Assembly (NCBI GenBank): GCA_964655245.1
Contig: CAZZLQ010000003.1
Location: 1,887 to 65,886 of the forward strand
Length of the DNA stretch: 64,000 nucleotides
Reading direction: 5' to 3'
Source of the DNA: an uncultured Bacteriovoracaceae bacterium
GTDB lineage: Bacteria; Bdellovibrionota; UBA2394
A program made the translations under genes and the position numbers. Within the stretch, counting starts at the first letter, position 1, and the number at the start of each line of letters is the position of its first letter. The notes beneath the pieces are model-generated. The model saw only the letters and a list, made by a program, of their open reading frames with translations. It did not search any database and was not told where the DNA came from. Below, in pieces: positions 52,744 through 61,918 of the stretch.

Positions 52744-54726
52744 TTAGAGTCCTCCATGGAAGGTCCATGGCCATGTCACTTGGACCTGGCCTCCACCTCT
52801 TGGCTGAGGAAACTGCCATGTTGAGATCGCCTGTGCGACGCAATTGTAAAGTTGATCGCCTAATTCTTCCCCAGAAAGTCTGCTTGGATCTGCAACTCGC
52901 CCCGAAGGCATCACGGTCCAAAGAACGCGAAGACGTCCCTTCAAGTCACGGCCTCCGGCATTGATGAGAGCTTTTTCGTAGCACGCTTGCACTTGTCGCA
53001 TATTGGCGCGAACCACGCGTTCTACTTCTTCTCGGGTGAGACCATCTTGAACATCTACATCTTCCCCCGAATATGAAATCGCGGCTTCGCCCTTTTTGCC
53101 CGACGAGCCCAGACCGAATCCCTCTCGTCCACCACCTTTACCTTTGGTTCCAAGTCCACCTTGAACATCAATGGCCGTTCCTCCGCCACCAAGGTTCAAG
53201 CCTTTGGCTCCACGACCGCCAGCACCTTTGACATCCAAATCAGCACCGCGCTCCTGACCTTCCAGAGAGCCCTCAAGCTCACCGCCCAGTCCTTGACCGG
53301 CCATCGTGCCGCCTTGATTCGCTTTACCGCCACCGCCTTGAGCACCCAGCGCTCCAAGCAGTCCTTCATCTTCAACTTTGACGTCGGGCTTCATCTGCTT
53401 CGATGGCGCCTGACCACCCGTGCCTGCTGGCTTTGGCTTACCCGTTCCCACTCCTTGATCAGGACGAAGTCCTCGCTTTGCAAGATTGGGATCCGTTTCC
53501 TTTCCAAAAGCACCCTTTGGCGCCGACCGCAAAGGTCGATCAACTTCTGTCACAATGCCGAGAGGCTTGGCCTTGGCTTGAATACGACCGGTCGTTCGAC
53601 CCGCTTTACCTTCTTCACCTTTGGCACGCGCACCCTCACCCTGCTTGCCCGACATCTGAGCCTTTTGCTGAGGCACTTTGACGGCTTCCACCTTCTTGGG
53701 CTCCGACACTTTAGGTGGAGGCGGAGGAGGTGGCGGTGGTGGTGGAGGAGGTGGCGGCTTCATATTGGGATCGGTCGGTGCTTCCACCGTGACCACAATC
53801 TCTGCCTGCTCCGTTTTAGCCGATGCTTCAATCGCCAATCGATGGAGCATCAGAGCAAACGCTACAAAGGAAACAAGAATTACCGAAAAAATTCCAGCGT
53901 ACAGGGGCTCTCGCACAACAGGTGCTGTCAATGGAGCCGTCAGATTCAACCGAACGCTTTGAACGTAGATGGCAAATGGTCCAATCTCAATCAGGCATCG
54001 ATCGGAGAACTGCACAAAAGTGGATAGGCCCAAATCAGTCTGACGAGCCGTTGAGCGCAACTCATCGAGCTGCTTCACCGAACCACGAGTCTCAAGCATT
54101 CCCGTCATCGCGGGATGTAAATGAAGCTCAACACCATTTGGTAAAATTTTCAGAAGCTTAAAGCTCTTAGGCAGAGAGGGAATCTGGACCAGAAAGTCGT
54201 TATCAGCACTCTCACCGATCTGAACCAGATCTCCAATATCAAAGCATCGGATATCAACGAGATCACCCTTCCACAAAATAGAAACCTGAACCCAGTCTTT
54301 TGTTTGATAGCCGGCTTTGGGCTTGGTCTTCAAAACCGTCGGGGTCTTCAGAGTGACTTCAACGTTCTGACTTTTGGAAACTTCCTGCTCGAGGAGAATT
54401 TCCTCGAGGGTCTTCTCCTCAGCTTCAATCTCAATACGAAGAACAGAAACCTCAGTACGGCCGAGTTGAAACTTTTCGTTGAGCTTTAAAACTTTTTCAC
54501 TGACTTTTTGCCCGCCGACGAATGTTCCGTTGGCGGAGTCGAGATCTCGAAGCTTCACAGACTTTTCATCGACGATCTCAAGGCTGCAATGCTGCCGAGA
54601 CAGAATGGGGTCAGAGATGGGAACCTCACAAATCTTTGATCGTCCCAACAGGATTGGCGCACGATCTAAGATCATCTCTTGAGTTGATTGGTCATCCAAA
54701 TTCTTAAGATGAAGAACGATCTTCAA
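52744..54726 (-). CDS. FHA-domain protein with TM segment, poly-Pro/Gly-rich linker and AgmX/PglI-type C-terminal domain
   Basis: 660 aa; N-terminal FHA ('LGRSKICEVPI...SRQHCSLEI...SANGTFVGGQKV'); TM helix; run of 15 Pro; long G/K/A-rich region; C-terminal ~100 aa resembles the AgmX/PglI (TonB_C-like) domain. Confidence 0.55.
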   Translation of the reverse strand: MKIVLHLKNLDDQSTQEMILDRAPILLGRSKICEVPISDPILSRQHCSLEIVDEKSVKLRDLDSANGTFVGGQKVSEKVLKLNEKFQLGRTEVSVLRIEIEAEEKTLEEILLEQEVSKSQNVEVTLKTPTVLKTKPKAGYQTKDWVQVSILWKGDLVDIRCFDIGDLVQIGESADNDFLVQIPSLPKSFKLLKILPNGVELHLHPAMTGMLETRGSVKQLDELRSTARQTDLGLSTFVQFSDRCLIEIGPFAIYVQSVRLNLTAPLTAPVVREPLYAGIFSVILVSFVAFALMLHRLAIEASAKTEQAEIVVTVEAPTDPNMKPPPPPPPPPPPPPPPKVSEPKKVEAVKVPQQKAQMSGKQGEGARAKGEEGKAGRTTGRIQAKAKPLGIVTEVDRPLRSAPKGAFGKETDPNLAKRGLRPDQGVGTGKPKPAGTGGQAPSKQMKPDVKVEDEGLLGALGAQGGGGKANQGGTMAGQGLGGELEGSLEGQERGADLDVKGAGGRGAKGLNLGGGGTAIDVQGGLGTKGKGGGREGFGLGSSGKKGEAAISYSGEDVDVQDGLTREEVERVVRANMRQVQACYEKALINAGGRDLKGRLRVLWTVMPSGRVADPSRLSGEELGDQLYNCVAQAISTWQFPQPRGGGQVQVTWPWTFHGGL

Positions 54727-54831
54727 GGCAGCCCTCTCCCTCTCAAAATTCTAAAGAAATTTAGGTGCTTGGCCTAGTTATTTGAGAATGACGCGATGGG
54801 TCAGAATGATGCTCTGCTCTTGAGCCTTAAT

Positions 54832-55347
54832 TCAAGGCCAGGTGAAAGTCATGATCGATGTCGATCCCAACTTATCAAAGACTTTGGCTTGCGAGACCCG
54901 CCCCTTCGCCACGGTGACATCGATGTATTTGAACGTCACTTCATCTGTGCGAAGAGGAATCACTCGAAAAGCCTCAGAATTCAAACTCTCAATCTTGAAA
55001 ACTTTTGGATCCGGCTCTCCCCACAGAAACGAAAAACTTTGCTCAAGAGTCACAGCACCCGAAACAGATTGAACCTCGGTCTTGCCCCCTTCTTTCACTT
55101 TCAGCTTTCTGCCGTCATACTCAATCACTCGCGACCTGGGCTTTTCGTAGGTCCAAACGAGTTTATCAGGCCGCTGAAACTCCATCGTTCCAGAGGCCTC
55201 ATCAGGGGAATTGGGAAACAAATCCTGAACGACTTTTTGATGAAAGCTCGCGCGAATCTGCTTTTTATCTTTGAAGGATTTTTGCAGGGACTGAAGCCCC
55301 GGATGAGCCGACGACGTTAGACCCAGACTAAGAACAAGCCACAACAT
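54832..55347 (-). CDS. LolA-like outer-membrane lipoprotein carrier protein
   Basis: 171 aa; signal peptide; size and beta-rich LolA-like pattern; weak assignment. Confidence 0.4.
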   Translation of the reverse strand: MLWLVLSLGLTSSAHPGLQSLQKSFKDKKQIRASFHQKVVQDLFPNSPDEASGTMEFQRPDKLVWTYEKPRSRVIEYDGRKLKVKEGGKTEVQSVSGAVTLEQSFSFLWGEPDPKVFKIESLNSEAFRVIPLRTDEVTFKYIDVTVAKGRVSQAKVFDKLGSTSIMTFTWP

Positions 55348-55362
55348 GACTCTGATTCTTAG

Positions 55363-55710
55363 CTATTTTGCATCTTGAGCGGAAGTCTTGAGTTCAGGAA
55401 TGAAAGATCTTTTGAGATTCAAGGCACTCGAAAAACTAGATTGGTTCTTACGAAACACAAAAGAACCATCGGGCGCTCTTAGATTTCCGTTGACGATGGT
55501 GTCCTCAAAATCCAGATAGGTTTTCTCTTTATAAACAATACGCTTCCGCTTGGCGGGTTCCACGGGAGTCGCCGGAGCTATCGATTCAGTGGGCGCACTC
55601 GGGCTCTGAAGGGGCGCCAAATCTTGAGCATGAATCGCAATCATGATGCCCCAAAGAAATGATGCCAGCAGTGAACACAAGATGCAGCGCAAAACGACTC
55701 CCCTTTTCAT
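55363..55710 (-). CDS. hypothetical secreted protein
   Basis: 115 aa; signal-peptide/TM N-terminus 'VVLRCILCSLLASFLWGIMIAIHA'. Confidence 0.3.
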   Translation of the reverse strand: MKRGVVLRCILCSLLASFLWGIMIAIHAQDLAPLQSPSAPTESIAPATPVEPAKRKRIVYKEKTYLDFEDTIVNGNLRAPDGSFVFRKNQSSFSSALNLKRSFIPELKTSAQDAK

Positions 55711-55755
55711 GACTTCACCCTATCATAGGATCGAAACTTTCGCCCAGCATTCTGA

Positions 55756-58314
55756 TTATGTGCCTGAGAGATTGAGATCACGAGCTGTCTTTTCCGCAAG
55801 ACCACGGGCTTCCTGACCCTGAGTTTCAAAGCTCTGAGCTTTTTCAAGCACGAGATCTTGATACTTTCGCAGATTCTCACCGGCCAGCTGTGACGGAATA
55901 GGCGCTGTTCGAATGGTTGAGGACATATGCAAATAGGCATTGGCCAGGACTTGAAGAGCTTTGACTGTCACTTCTCCAACCTTAAGCTTTGCAATCTCTG
56001 TCACATCTCGCTTGAGCTGCTCGAGAAGATTGACCTTGTTGGCTGTATTCTTTTGCAGCGTTTTGAGGTTCTTCATGGAAACTTTTTCCATTTTGTCACT
56101 CAAAGCGACGATGTCCTTCAAGCGACCGGTGGCAATCGCTTCTCGGTTTGACTCCGACATCGGCAACTTAGCCATTTCAACTTCCATCGCGGAGCGCTGA
56201 GCATCCGATGAGAGTCTATAAACGAGCATGGTCATGGGACCTCGTTCCGAACGATTCTCTTTATCAATCAGTCTGGCCCACTCATCTCGATAGCGCCTGA
56301 AGTCTCTCAACTCCTGATCATCCAACCGTCGCATCGACAAAAACTTACCCATCAAATTCACGGCGGGCTGAACATGTTTGGAGGCTGAGTAATTCCCCGT
56401 CAACGCTCTAAATGCGGCCTTCATTTCTGAAGGATCTGAACTTCGATCATCCGCGGCAACCTCGGTCAAATTCACAAATGCAGCCCAAACAGCGTCATCT
56501 ACCTGCTGAGCGGTGGGATACTGTTGAGAGTACTCAAAGTACTTTCGCCCCACTTGCTTGAGAGCCTCAAGTCGAGCAGAACCCTGCATGGCTTTCGCCT
56601 GCTTTTCTTCTTCTTGAATACTCTTGAGCGCAGCCTTTTGCTCAATGCCCACGAATTCAGCTCGAGTTCCTGAGTCCACAGAGCCCGAAAGTTTCTTGGC
56701 ATACTCCGCCACTTGCTTGTAGTCGCTCTTCAAATTGTAAATATCTAAAACAAGTTGAGCCGAGAGCTTTCCTTCTTGAGTGTTCGGCATATTCTCAGCC
56801 AAATGCTTAAAGGCAGGAAGCGCTCGGTCATAGTCATTCAGCTGATACAACAAGCGGGCCGCTTGATAACTGGCTCTGATCTTTTGAGCCATCGTAATCC
56901 CCGCGATGTTTTGAATTATCTGAACCGCTGCCAGGTATTTCTCATCATTTGCGGATGTCTGTCTAAATTCTTTACCCTTGTGCTGAAAACCATCGGCAAG
57001 TTTTTCAGCTGTAAGGAGCCAGTTCCAAGCTGCCTGAGATTGGATTGGAGAAACAACTTGAGATGCGTTTTCATACGCCAAAGCTGCTTCTGAAGTTTTT
57101 TCACGAGCATAGAGAGCTTCCCCCAAATAAAAGTTCGCTTGCGCGGATTGGATGTCATTAGCCGGAATCTTCGAAACGTATGCACGATAGTAGACGATCG
57201 CCATATCGTACTGTTGATTTCGAAACGCCGGATCTTTGGACTTCTGACCTTCAGAGTGAAATTTTTGAGCACTTGAAAGCAGCATCTTCAAACTTTCGGG
57301 ACTGGCTGCTTCTGTACTCGTCGAAATCTGAGAAACGAGCTGAGCCACTTGCTCAGGACGTCCCAAAGCTTCCTCAGCTTTGATTTGACCCATCAAGTAA
57401 TCGCTCGACTGGCCAGAGGATGCAAATCGGGTTCGAAGAGAATCATAGACTTGAGAAGCTGCTTTATTTTCCCCTCGCTGAACAAGCCCCTGAGCCAGAG
57501 AGTTTAAGCTCGACTCAAGAAGTTGAGGATCTTGAATCACTCCCTCAAGGTATCGTGCTACATTCTGCGCGCCATGAACTTCCATAGCGGGCCAAATCAT
57601 TTCGCGAACAGCATCTTTGGAGTAATCACCGGCTCCTGTTTGATTTTTGATGGTTGCTTCAAACCACTTCAGGGCTTTGGCCGGCTGATCCATATTCTGA
57701 GCCACCCAGCCCAGTTTGTACTGAACATACGCACTCATCTTGGAGTCTTCCAACGCCTTCAGATAATAAGATTCAGCGCGAGGGAATTGTCCGACACTAA
57801 AGTAGTGATCTCCAAGTAACAAAGAGGCCTGCTGAATCACAGGCGAATCAGGAAATCGATCGGCGATATCCGCGAGAACAGCTCCAGCCTCTTGCATTTT
57901 CTTTTGCTCAACATAGGTGTTGGCCAAAACAAAGAGAGCTTCATCAAGCCGAGGAAAATGTGGGTATTGAGTTCGAAGTTCCTCAAGAACCTTGAGAGCC
58001 TGATCCTGCTTTTTGAGAGAACCCTGCAAGTCTCCACGCAACTCGTGATACTTGGCGGTTTCAAACAACGCCTCGCCCAATCGAAACAAAGTATCAGGGC
58101 GCTTGGGTGAGTTTGGATACTTCAGCAGGAATTGCTCCATCAAAGGAATCTGCTGCATGCGTATCAAATTGAGTTTTTCGAGCTTCTCGGAGGAGAGCTC
58201 AGTGGCCATTAAAGCAGGTTGCTGGGCTGCGACAACGAGTCCGCAAAGTGCGAGTCGACCCCAGAATGCGGTCCATCCTCTAAAAGTGCTGAAAATTCGC
58301 ATACTTAGATTCAT
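55756..58314 (-). CDS. large secreted TPR-repeat protein
   Basis: 852 aa; signal peptide; many TPR-like helical repeats (A..Y..A..G.. periodicity). Confidence 0.55.
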   Translation of the reverse strand: MNLSMRIFSTFRGWTAFWGRLALCGLVVAAQQPALMATELSSEKLEKLNLIRMQQIPLMEQFLLKYPNSPKRPDTLFRLGEALFETAKYHELRGDLQGSLKKQDQALKVLEELRTQYPHFPRLDEALFVLANTYVEQKKMQEAGAVLADIADRFPDSPVIQQASLLLGDHYFSVGQFPRAESYYLKALEDSKMSAYVQYKLGWVAQNMDQPAKALKWFEATIKNQTGAGDYSKDAVREMIWPAMEVHGAQNVARYLEGVIQDPQLLESSLNSLAQGLVQRGENKAASQVYDSLRTRFASSGQSSDYLMGQIKAEEALGRPEQVAQLVSQISTSTEAASPESLKMLLSSAQKFHSEGQKSKDPAFRNQQYDMAIVYYRAYVSKIPANDIQSAQANFYLGEALYAREKTSEAALAYENASQVVSPIQSQAAWNWLLTAEKLADGFQHKGKEFRQTSANDEKYLAAVQIIQNIAGITMAQKIRASYQAARLLYQLNDYDRALPAFKHLAENMPNTQEGKLSAQLVLDIYNLKSDYKQVAEYAKKLSGSVDSGTRAEFVGIEQKAALKSIQEEEKQAKAMQGSARLEALKQVGRKYFEYSQQYPTAQQVDDAVWAAFVNLTEVAADDRSSDPSEMKAAFRALTGNYSASKHVQPAVNLMGKFLSMRRLDDQELRDFRRYRDEWARLIDKENRSERGPMTMLVYRLSSDAQRSAMEVEMAKLPMSESNREAIATGRLKDIVALSDKMEKVSMKNLKTLQKNTANKVNLLEQLKRDVTEIAKLKVGEVTVKALQVLANAYLHMSSTIRTAPIPSQLAGENLRKYQDLVLEKAQSFETQGQEARGLAEKTARDLNLSGT

Positions 58315-58406
58315 AATTTCCCTTCAGAGATGACCCCTTTGCAGCCATAAAGTTGCAAGCGGCATGCCAGACCTGAGCGGCTCAAAACCACGTATAATAG
58401 GAGCTT

Positions 58407-59540
58407 GTGGGTGTCTTTGGTAACGATACGACCCGGGCGTTCCTCAGTCCGATTCTCGAATATCTTGATGACGATTCAGTCACTGAAATTCTGATTAATG
58501 CCTACGACAACATCTTCATTGAAAGAAAGGGCAAGCTCTCAAAAGCACCAACCGCCTTTGGCTCCGAAGATGAGCTCTTTGCTGCCGTTCGAAACGTCGC
58601 TCAGTTTGTGGGTCGACGAATCAGCGAGGAAGAACCGCTGCTCGATGCACGTCTGCCCGACGGTAGCAGGATTCATATCGTCATTCCCCCATGCGCCAAA
58701 GATGGCATTTATATGGCGATCCGAAAGTTCGGCAAAGAAGCTTTGCAAATCAAGGATCTCATCAGCGCTAATGCGCTTTCCGTGGAGATGGCGCGATTTC
58801 TCCACGCTGCCGTTCAACTCAAAAAGAATCTCATTGTTTCGGGCGCCACGAGCTCCGGAAAAACAACCTTGCTGAATTGCATCTCCAGCTTCATTCCACC
58901 GGATCAACGGGTGATTGTGATTGAAGACGCCTCTGAACTTCAACTTCAACAACCTCATGTCATTCGAATGGAAACGCTGAAAAATGAGAATGTTCATATC
59001 GACATTCGGGATCTTGTCAAAAGCTCCCTCAGACTTCGTCCTGATCGAATTGTGATTGGAGAGGTTCGAGGACCTGAAGCGCTCGACTTACTTCAAGCGA
59101 TGACGACTGGTCATGCTGGATCGATGTCGACCTTGCATGCCAATAATCCCAAACAAGCCATTGCTCGACTCGAAACTCTGATCATGATGAATCGGCTCGA
59201 AATGCCGCTGCTTGCGATTCGTTCGCAAGTAGCCTCCGCCATTCAGATCATCGTACAGGCCAATCGCTTACGAGATGGCTCGAGAAAGCTCACTCATGTC
59301 TCTGAACTCGTCGGAATTGATGAACATGGCAACTATATCATCAACGACATTTTCGCTCTTGAGGTTCTTGGAATTGATGACAAGGGCAATTTCAAAACAG
59401 CTTTCAGACCTACAGGTCATATGCCCAGTTTTCTGGAAGAAGCATCGCGATCAGGAATCAAACTACCAGAATCCATGTTCACTCCTGCAGAAGCAGAGCC
59501 AACAGTCACTCTCGTTAAAAATGAAAACTCCAATTCTTAG
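58407..59540 (+). CDS. cpaF: CpaF/TadA-family type II/IV secretion ATPase (Tad/Flp pilus ATPase)
   Basis: 377 aa; Walker A 'SGATSSGKTTLLN', Asp box, Walker B 'PDRIVIGEVRG', His box 'GHAGSMSTLHAN'. Confidence 0.85.
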   Translation: MGVFGNDTTRAFLSPILEYLDDDSVTEILINAYDNIFIERKGKLSKAPTAFGSEDELFAAVRNVAQFVGRRISEEEPLLDARLPDGSRIHIVIPPCAKDGIYMAIRKFGKEALQIKDLISANALSVEMARFLHAAVQLKKNLIVSGATSSGKTTLLNCISSFIPPDQRVIVIEDASELQLQQPHVIRMETLKNENVHIDIRDLVKSSLRLRPDRIVIGEVRGPEALDLLQAMTTGHAGSMSTLHANNPKQAIARLETLIMMNRLEMPLLAIRSQVASAIQIIVQANRLRDGSRKLTHVSELVGIDEHGNYIINDIFALEVLGIDDKGNFKTAFRPTGHMPSFLEEASRSGIKLPESMFTPAEAEPTVTLVKNENSNS

Positions 59541-60166
59541 TCGAGTTCTGCAACAGGTCTAATCACTGAGACAGGCGCGCAATAACGAATGGCTGAGGCA
59601 TTTCGGCTGAGAATGACCAGCTTCAACTGACATGCAGGACAAATCGAGCTACTCATCACAATCTTAAGCGTATACTCCCCTGCTGAGAGGAGATCCTGCT
59701 GCACTGACCGTTTGAGAACAACTGACTTATTGGATTGGGGATCCAGGAGCACTGCCTCCCACGCGGCGATCTCAGTTCGAGCCGGAAGTGAGAATTGAAC
59801 CACGACAGATCCATCCGCTCGAATAAAAGTGGGTCCGCGCTCAGCCGAATCACAGTTCGGCGAATTGACCAAAGGAACGGCCAGCTCTCCAACAAGCTCA
59901 GCATCGATTTCCGCGTGAGCAAAATCGAGAGACGAGCGCGGCTCGGGGACAACGCGGGAAACAGCTGCGTCCGCATCGATTCCAACCCCAATCAACAGTG
60001 ATATTGTTAAACCAACCCCAAGAACACTGAACTTAGTCCTGGTCACCATAAGGCCCCCCGCAGCCTCAAGTTTACGCGAAGCCCCAAAGAGCAAAAGATC
60101 TGCAAAAAGTAGGGGCCGCAAAAATTGCAAAAAAAAAGGGGCGTCTAAAAGACGCCCCTGAAACAC
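59537..60166 (-). CDS. hypothetical secreted protein
   Basis: 209 aa; internal TM/signal-like segment 'VLGVGLTISLLIGVGIDADA'; overlaps the cpaF stop. Confidence 0.3.
   Translation of the reverse strand: MFQGRLLDAPFFLQFLRPLLFADLLLFGASRKLEAAGGLMVTRTKFSVLGVGLTISLLIGVGIDADAAVSRVVPEPRSSLDFAHAEIDAELVGELAVPLVNSPNCDSAERGPTFIRADGSVVVQFSLPARTEIAAWEAVLLDPQSNKSVVLKRSVQQDLLSAGEYTLKIVMSSSICPACQLKLVILSRNASAIRYCAPVSVIRPVAELD
60126..60159 (-). terminator. rho-independent terminator (minus strand) after the RRM gene
   Basis: AGGGGCGTC(60137-60145)/GACGCCCCT(60151-60159) hairpin followed on the minus strand by T9+ (plus-strand A-run 60126-60137). Confidence 0.7.
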
Positions 60167-60183
60167 TTAGGTTTTTTGGCGAA

Positions 60184-60582
60184 TTAGTAGTTACCGCCGC
60201 GTGAGCCACCTCGGCCACCGCGTCCACCGCCGCCAAAGCCGCCGCGACTACCGCCGCCGCCGCCACCACCAAAGCCGCCGCGACTACCGCCGCCACCGCC
60301 GCCGCCACCAAAGGGACGTCGAGGACGATCGTTGGTTTGAGGACGAGCTTCGCTCACCACAATTTTTCGACCGCCCATATCGGAATTGTTCAAAGCTTCA
60401 ATCGCTTTGGTCGCATCCTCGGCATTTTCGTACTCAACAAAACCAAAACCTTTTGATCGGCCTGAAATCTTATCGATGATCAATCGAGCGCTCATGACCT
60501 TGCCATGGGGCTCAAATAGACCTTGTAGTTCTTGTTCGGTTACGGAGAAGGGCAAGCTTCCCACATAGAGTTTAGTAGACAT
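60184..60582 (-). CDS. glycine-rich RNA-binding protein (single RRM + RGG/GGF tail)
   Basis: 132 aa; RNP-2 'LYVGSL', RNP-1 'KGFGFVEY'; C-terminal (GGGxSRGGF)n. Confidence 0.85.
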   Translation of the reverse strand: MSTKLYVGSLPFSVTEQELQGLFEPHGKVMSARLIIDKISGRSKGFGFVEYENAEDATKAIEALNNSDMGGRKIVVSEARPQTNDRPRRPFGGGGGGGGSRGGFGGGGGGGSRGGFGGGGRGGRGGSRGGNY

Positions 60583-60752
60583 GGATTCAGACTCCTCTTA
60601 AGTCGGTTTGTTTTTGTTTATATGTTACGGAAATTTAAACTTTCGATGAAAACTAGGCCTCACTTGAGCGTGGTATTAATAGACAGAGAAAAGAACGAAA
60701 AAAACAACGGGGACTCACTTTCAAAAGGAGCATAACACAAGTTTCTAAAAAC

Positions 60753-60787
60753 CGGTAAAAAAAGAATGGGGACTCTTTGAGAGTCCC
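60753..60787 (-). terminator. rho-independent terminator (minus strand) after the S8 protease gene
   Basis: GGGGACTC(60767-60774)/GAGTCCCC(60780-60787) 8-bp stem, 5-nt loop; minus-strand hairpin followed by ATTCTTTTTTT. Confidence 0.65.
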
Positions 60788-60826
60788 CAAAACGGCTTCC
60801 AATCAGTGTTTAAACCGCCCAAAACC

Positions 60827-61918
60827 CTAGTTGCGGATCAATTTGGACACATTCAAAACGCCTTGAGAGAGCACATCGAGTGGATTTTCTCGATTGCGAT
60901 CATCCGTAGTCGAAAGCAAAGCCTTCTTCACTTCAATCGCTGAGCCCTTGCCAGGAAGAGTTGAAATCAATGCTGCAGCACCCGCTACATACCCAGCAGC
61001 CACTGAAGTCGTTTGAAGATCGCGTGAAACCTCGCCCCCTGGATAGAGTCCTATGCTTCCCATTGAAGGTGCAGCGACCGAGGCGATGTTTCGACCAAAG
61101 TTACTTGTTCGAGTGATCCGGCCCTCGTGATCCACTCCACTGACCACAACCACCTGCTCAATCTTTGAAGCCTCGGTGATCAAGGTTGGGACATCTTTAT
61201 TAGAGGTGTTGCCTGCAGGCACCACCACTAAAATATTTCGTCGAGCGGCAGTCTTCAAAGCATCCAAGACCAGGTTTACATGATCAGCCGCAAATCCCCC
61301 CGCAGGCCAATTCAAATAGATGATCTTGGCATTGTTCATGACGGCATACTCGATCGCATACGCTGCATCGATCCCACTGCCCGATCCATCGGGTCCAAGA
61401 TATCGAAGAGGCATGATCGCAGCATTGGGAGCAGTTCCCACCACAGCGGGGTCTGTCTTGCCAGAAGCAGCAATCAAACTCGCGATGTAGGTATCATGTC
61501 CGTGCCAGTCAAACGGCAGCCCATCTCCTGAAAAGAAGTCATAGCCAAAGAGATCGTCGGCATAGCCGTTTCCGTCCGAATCCGTAAGATCTGCGCGAGC
61601 TTCCTCGCCCATCTCACCGGTATTGATCCAAAGCGAATCTCGGAGCTCGGGAATCGTATAATCAATACCTGTTCCTATGATTGCTACAATCACTCGTGAT
61701 CCATCGGGATTCTTGCCTGTTGATTTTTTCCAGAGATCCGGAATCGACATTGCCGCAATGGGATTGTCTGATGTCACTTTCACTTTGGAGACATCCACAT
61801 CCAGTCGATTCGAGGGTCCTGCAAACGGAGGATCCTTTTGTGCTGGCCGACAAGCAGTCAGTTGACCCAGGAGCGCAAGGCTCGCCATCGATACGAGAAT
61901 TTTTGAAGCTTGTTTCAT
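60827..61918 (-). CDS. subtilisin-like serine protease (S8 family), divergent
   Basis: 363 aa; signal peptide with lipobox-like 'LTAC'; Asp region 'IIGTGIDYT', His region 'WHGHDTYIAS', Ser region 'TTSVAAGYVAG'. Confidence 0.65.
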   Translation of the reverse strand: MKQASKILVSMASLALLGQLTACRPAQKDPPFAGPSNRLDVDVSKVKVTSDNPIAAMSIPDLWKKSTGKNPDGSRVIVAIIGTGIDYTIPELRDSLWINTGEMGEEARADLTDSDGNGYADDLFGYDFFSGDGLPFDWHGHDTYIASLIAASGKTDPAVVGTAPNAAIMPLRYLGPDGSGSGIDAAYAIEYAVMNNAKIIYLNWPAGGFAADHVNLVLDALKTAARRNILVVVPAGNTSNKDVPTLITEASKIEQVVVVSGVDHEGRITRTSNFGRNIASVAAPSMGSIGLYPGGEVSRDLQTTSVAAGYVAGAAALISTLPGKGSAIEVKKALLSTTDDRNRENPLDVLSQGVLNVSKLIRN

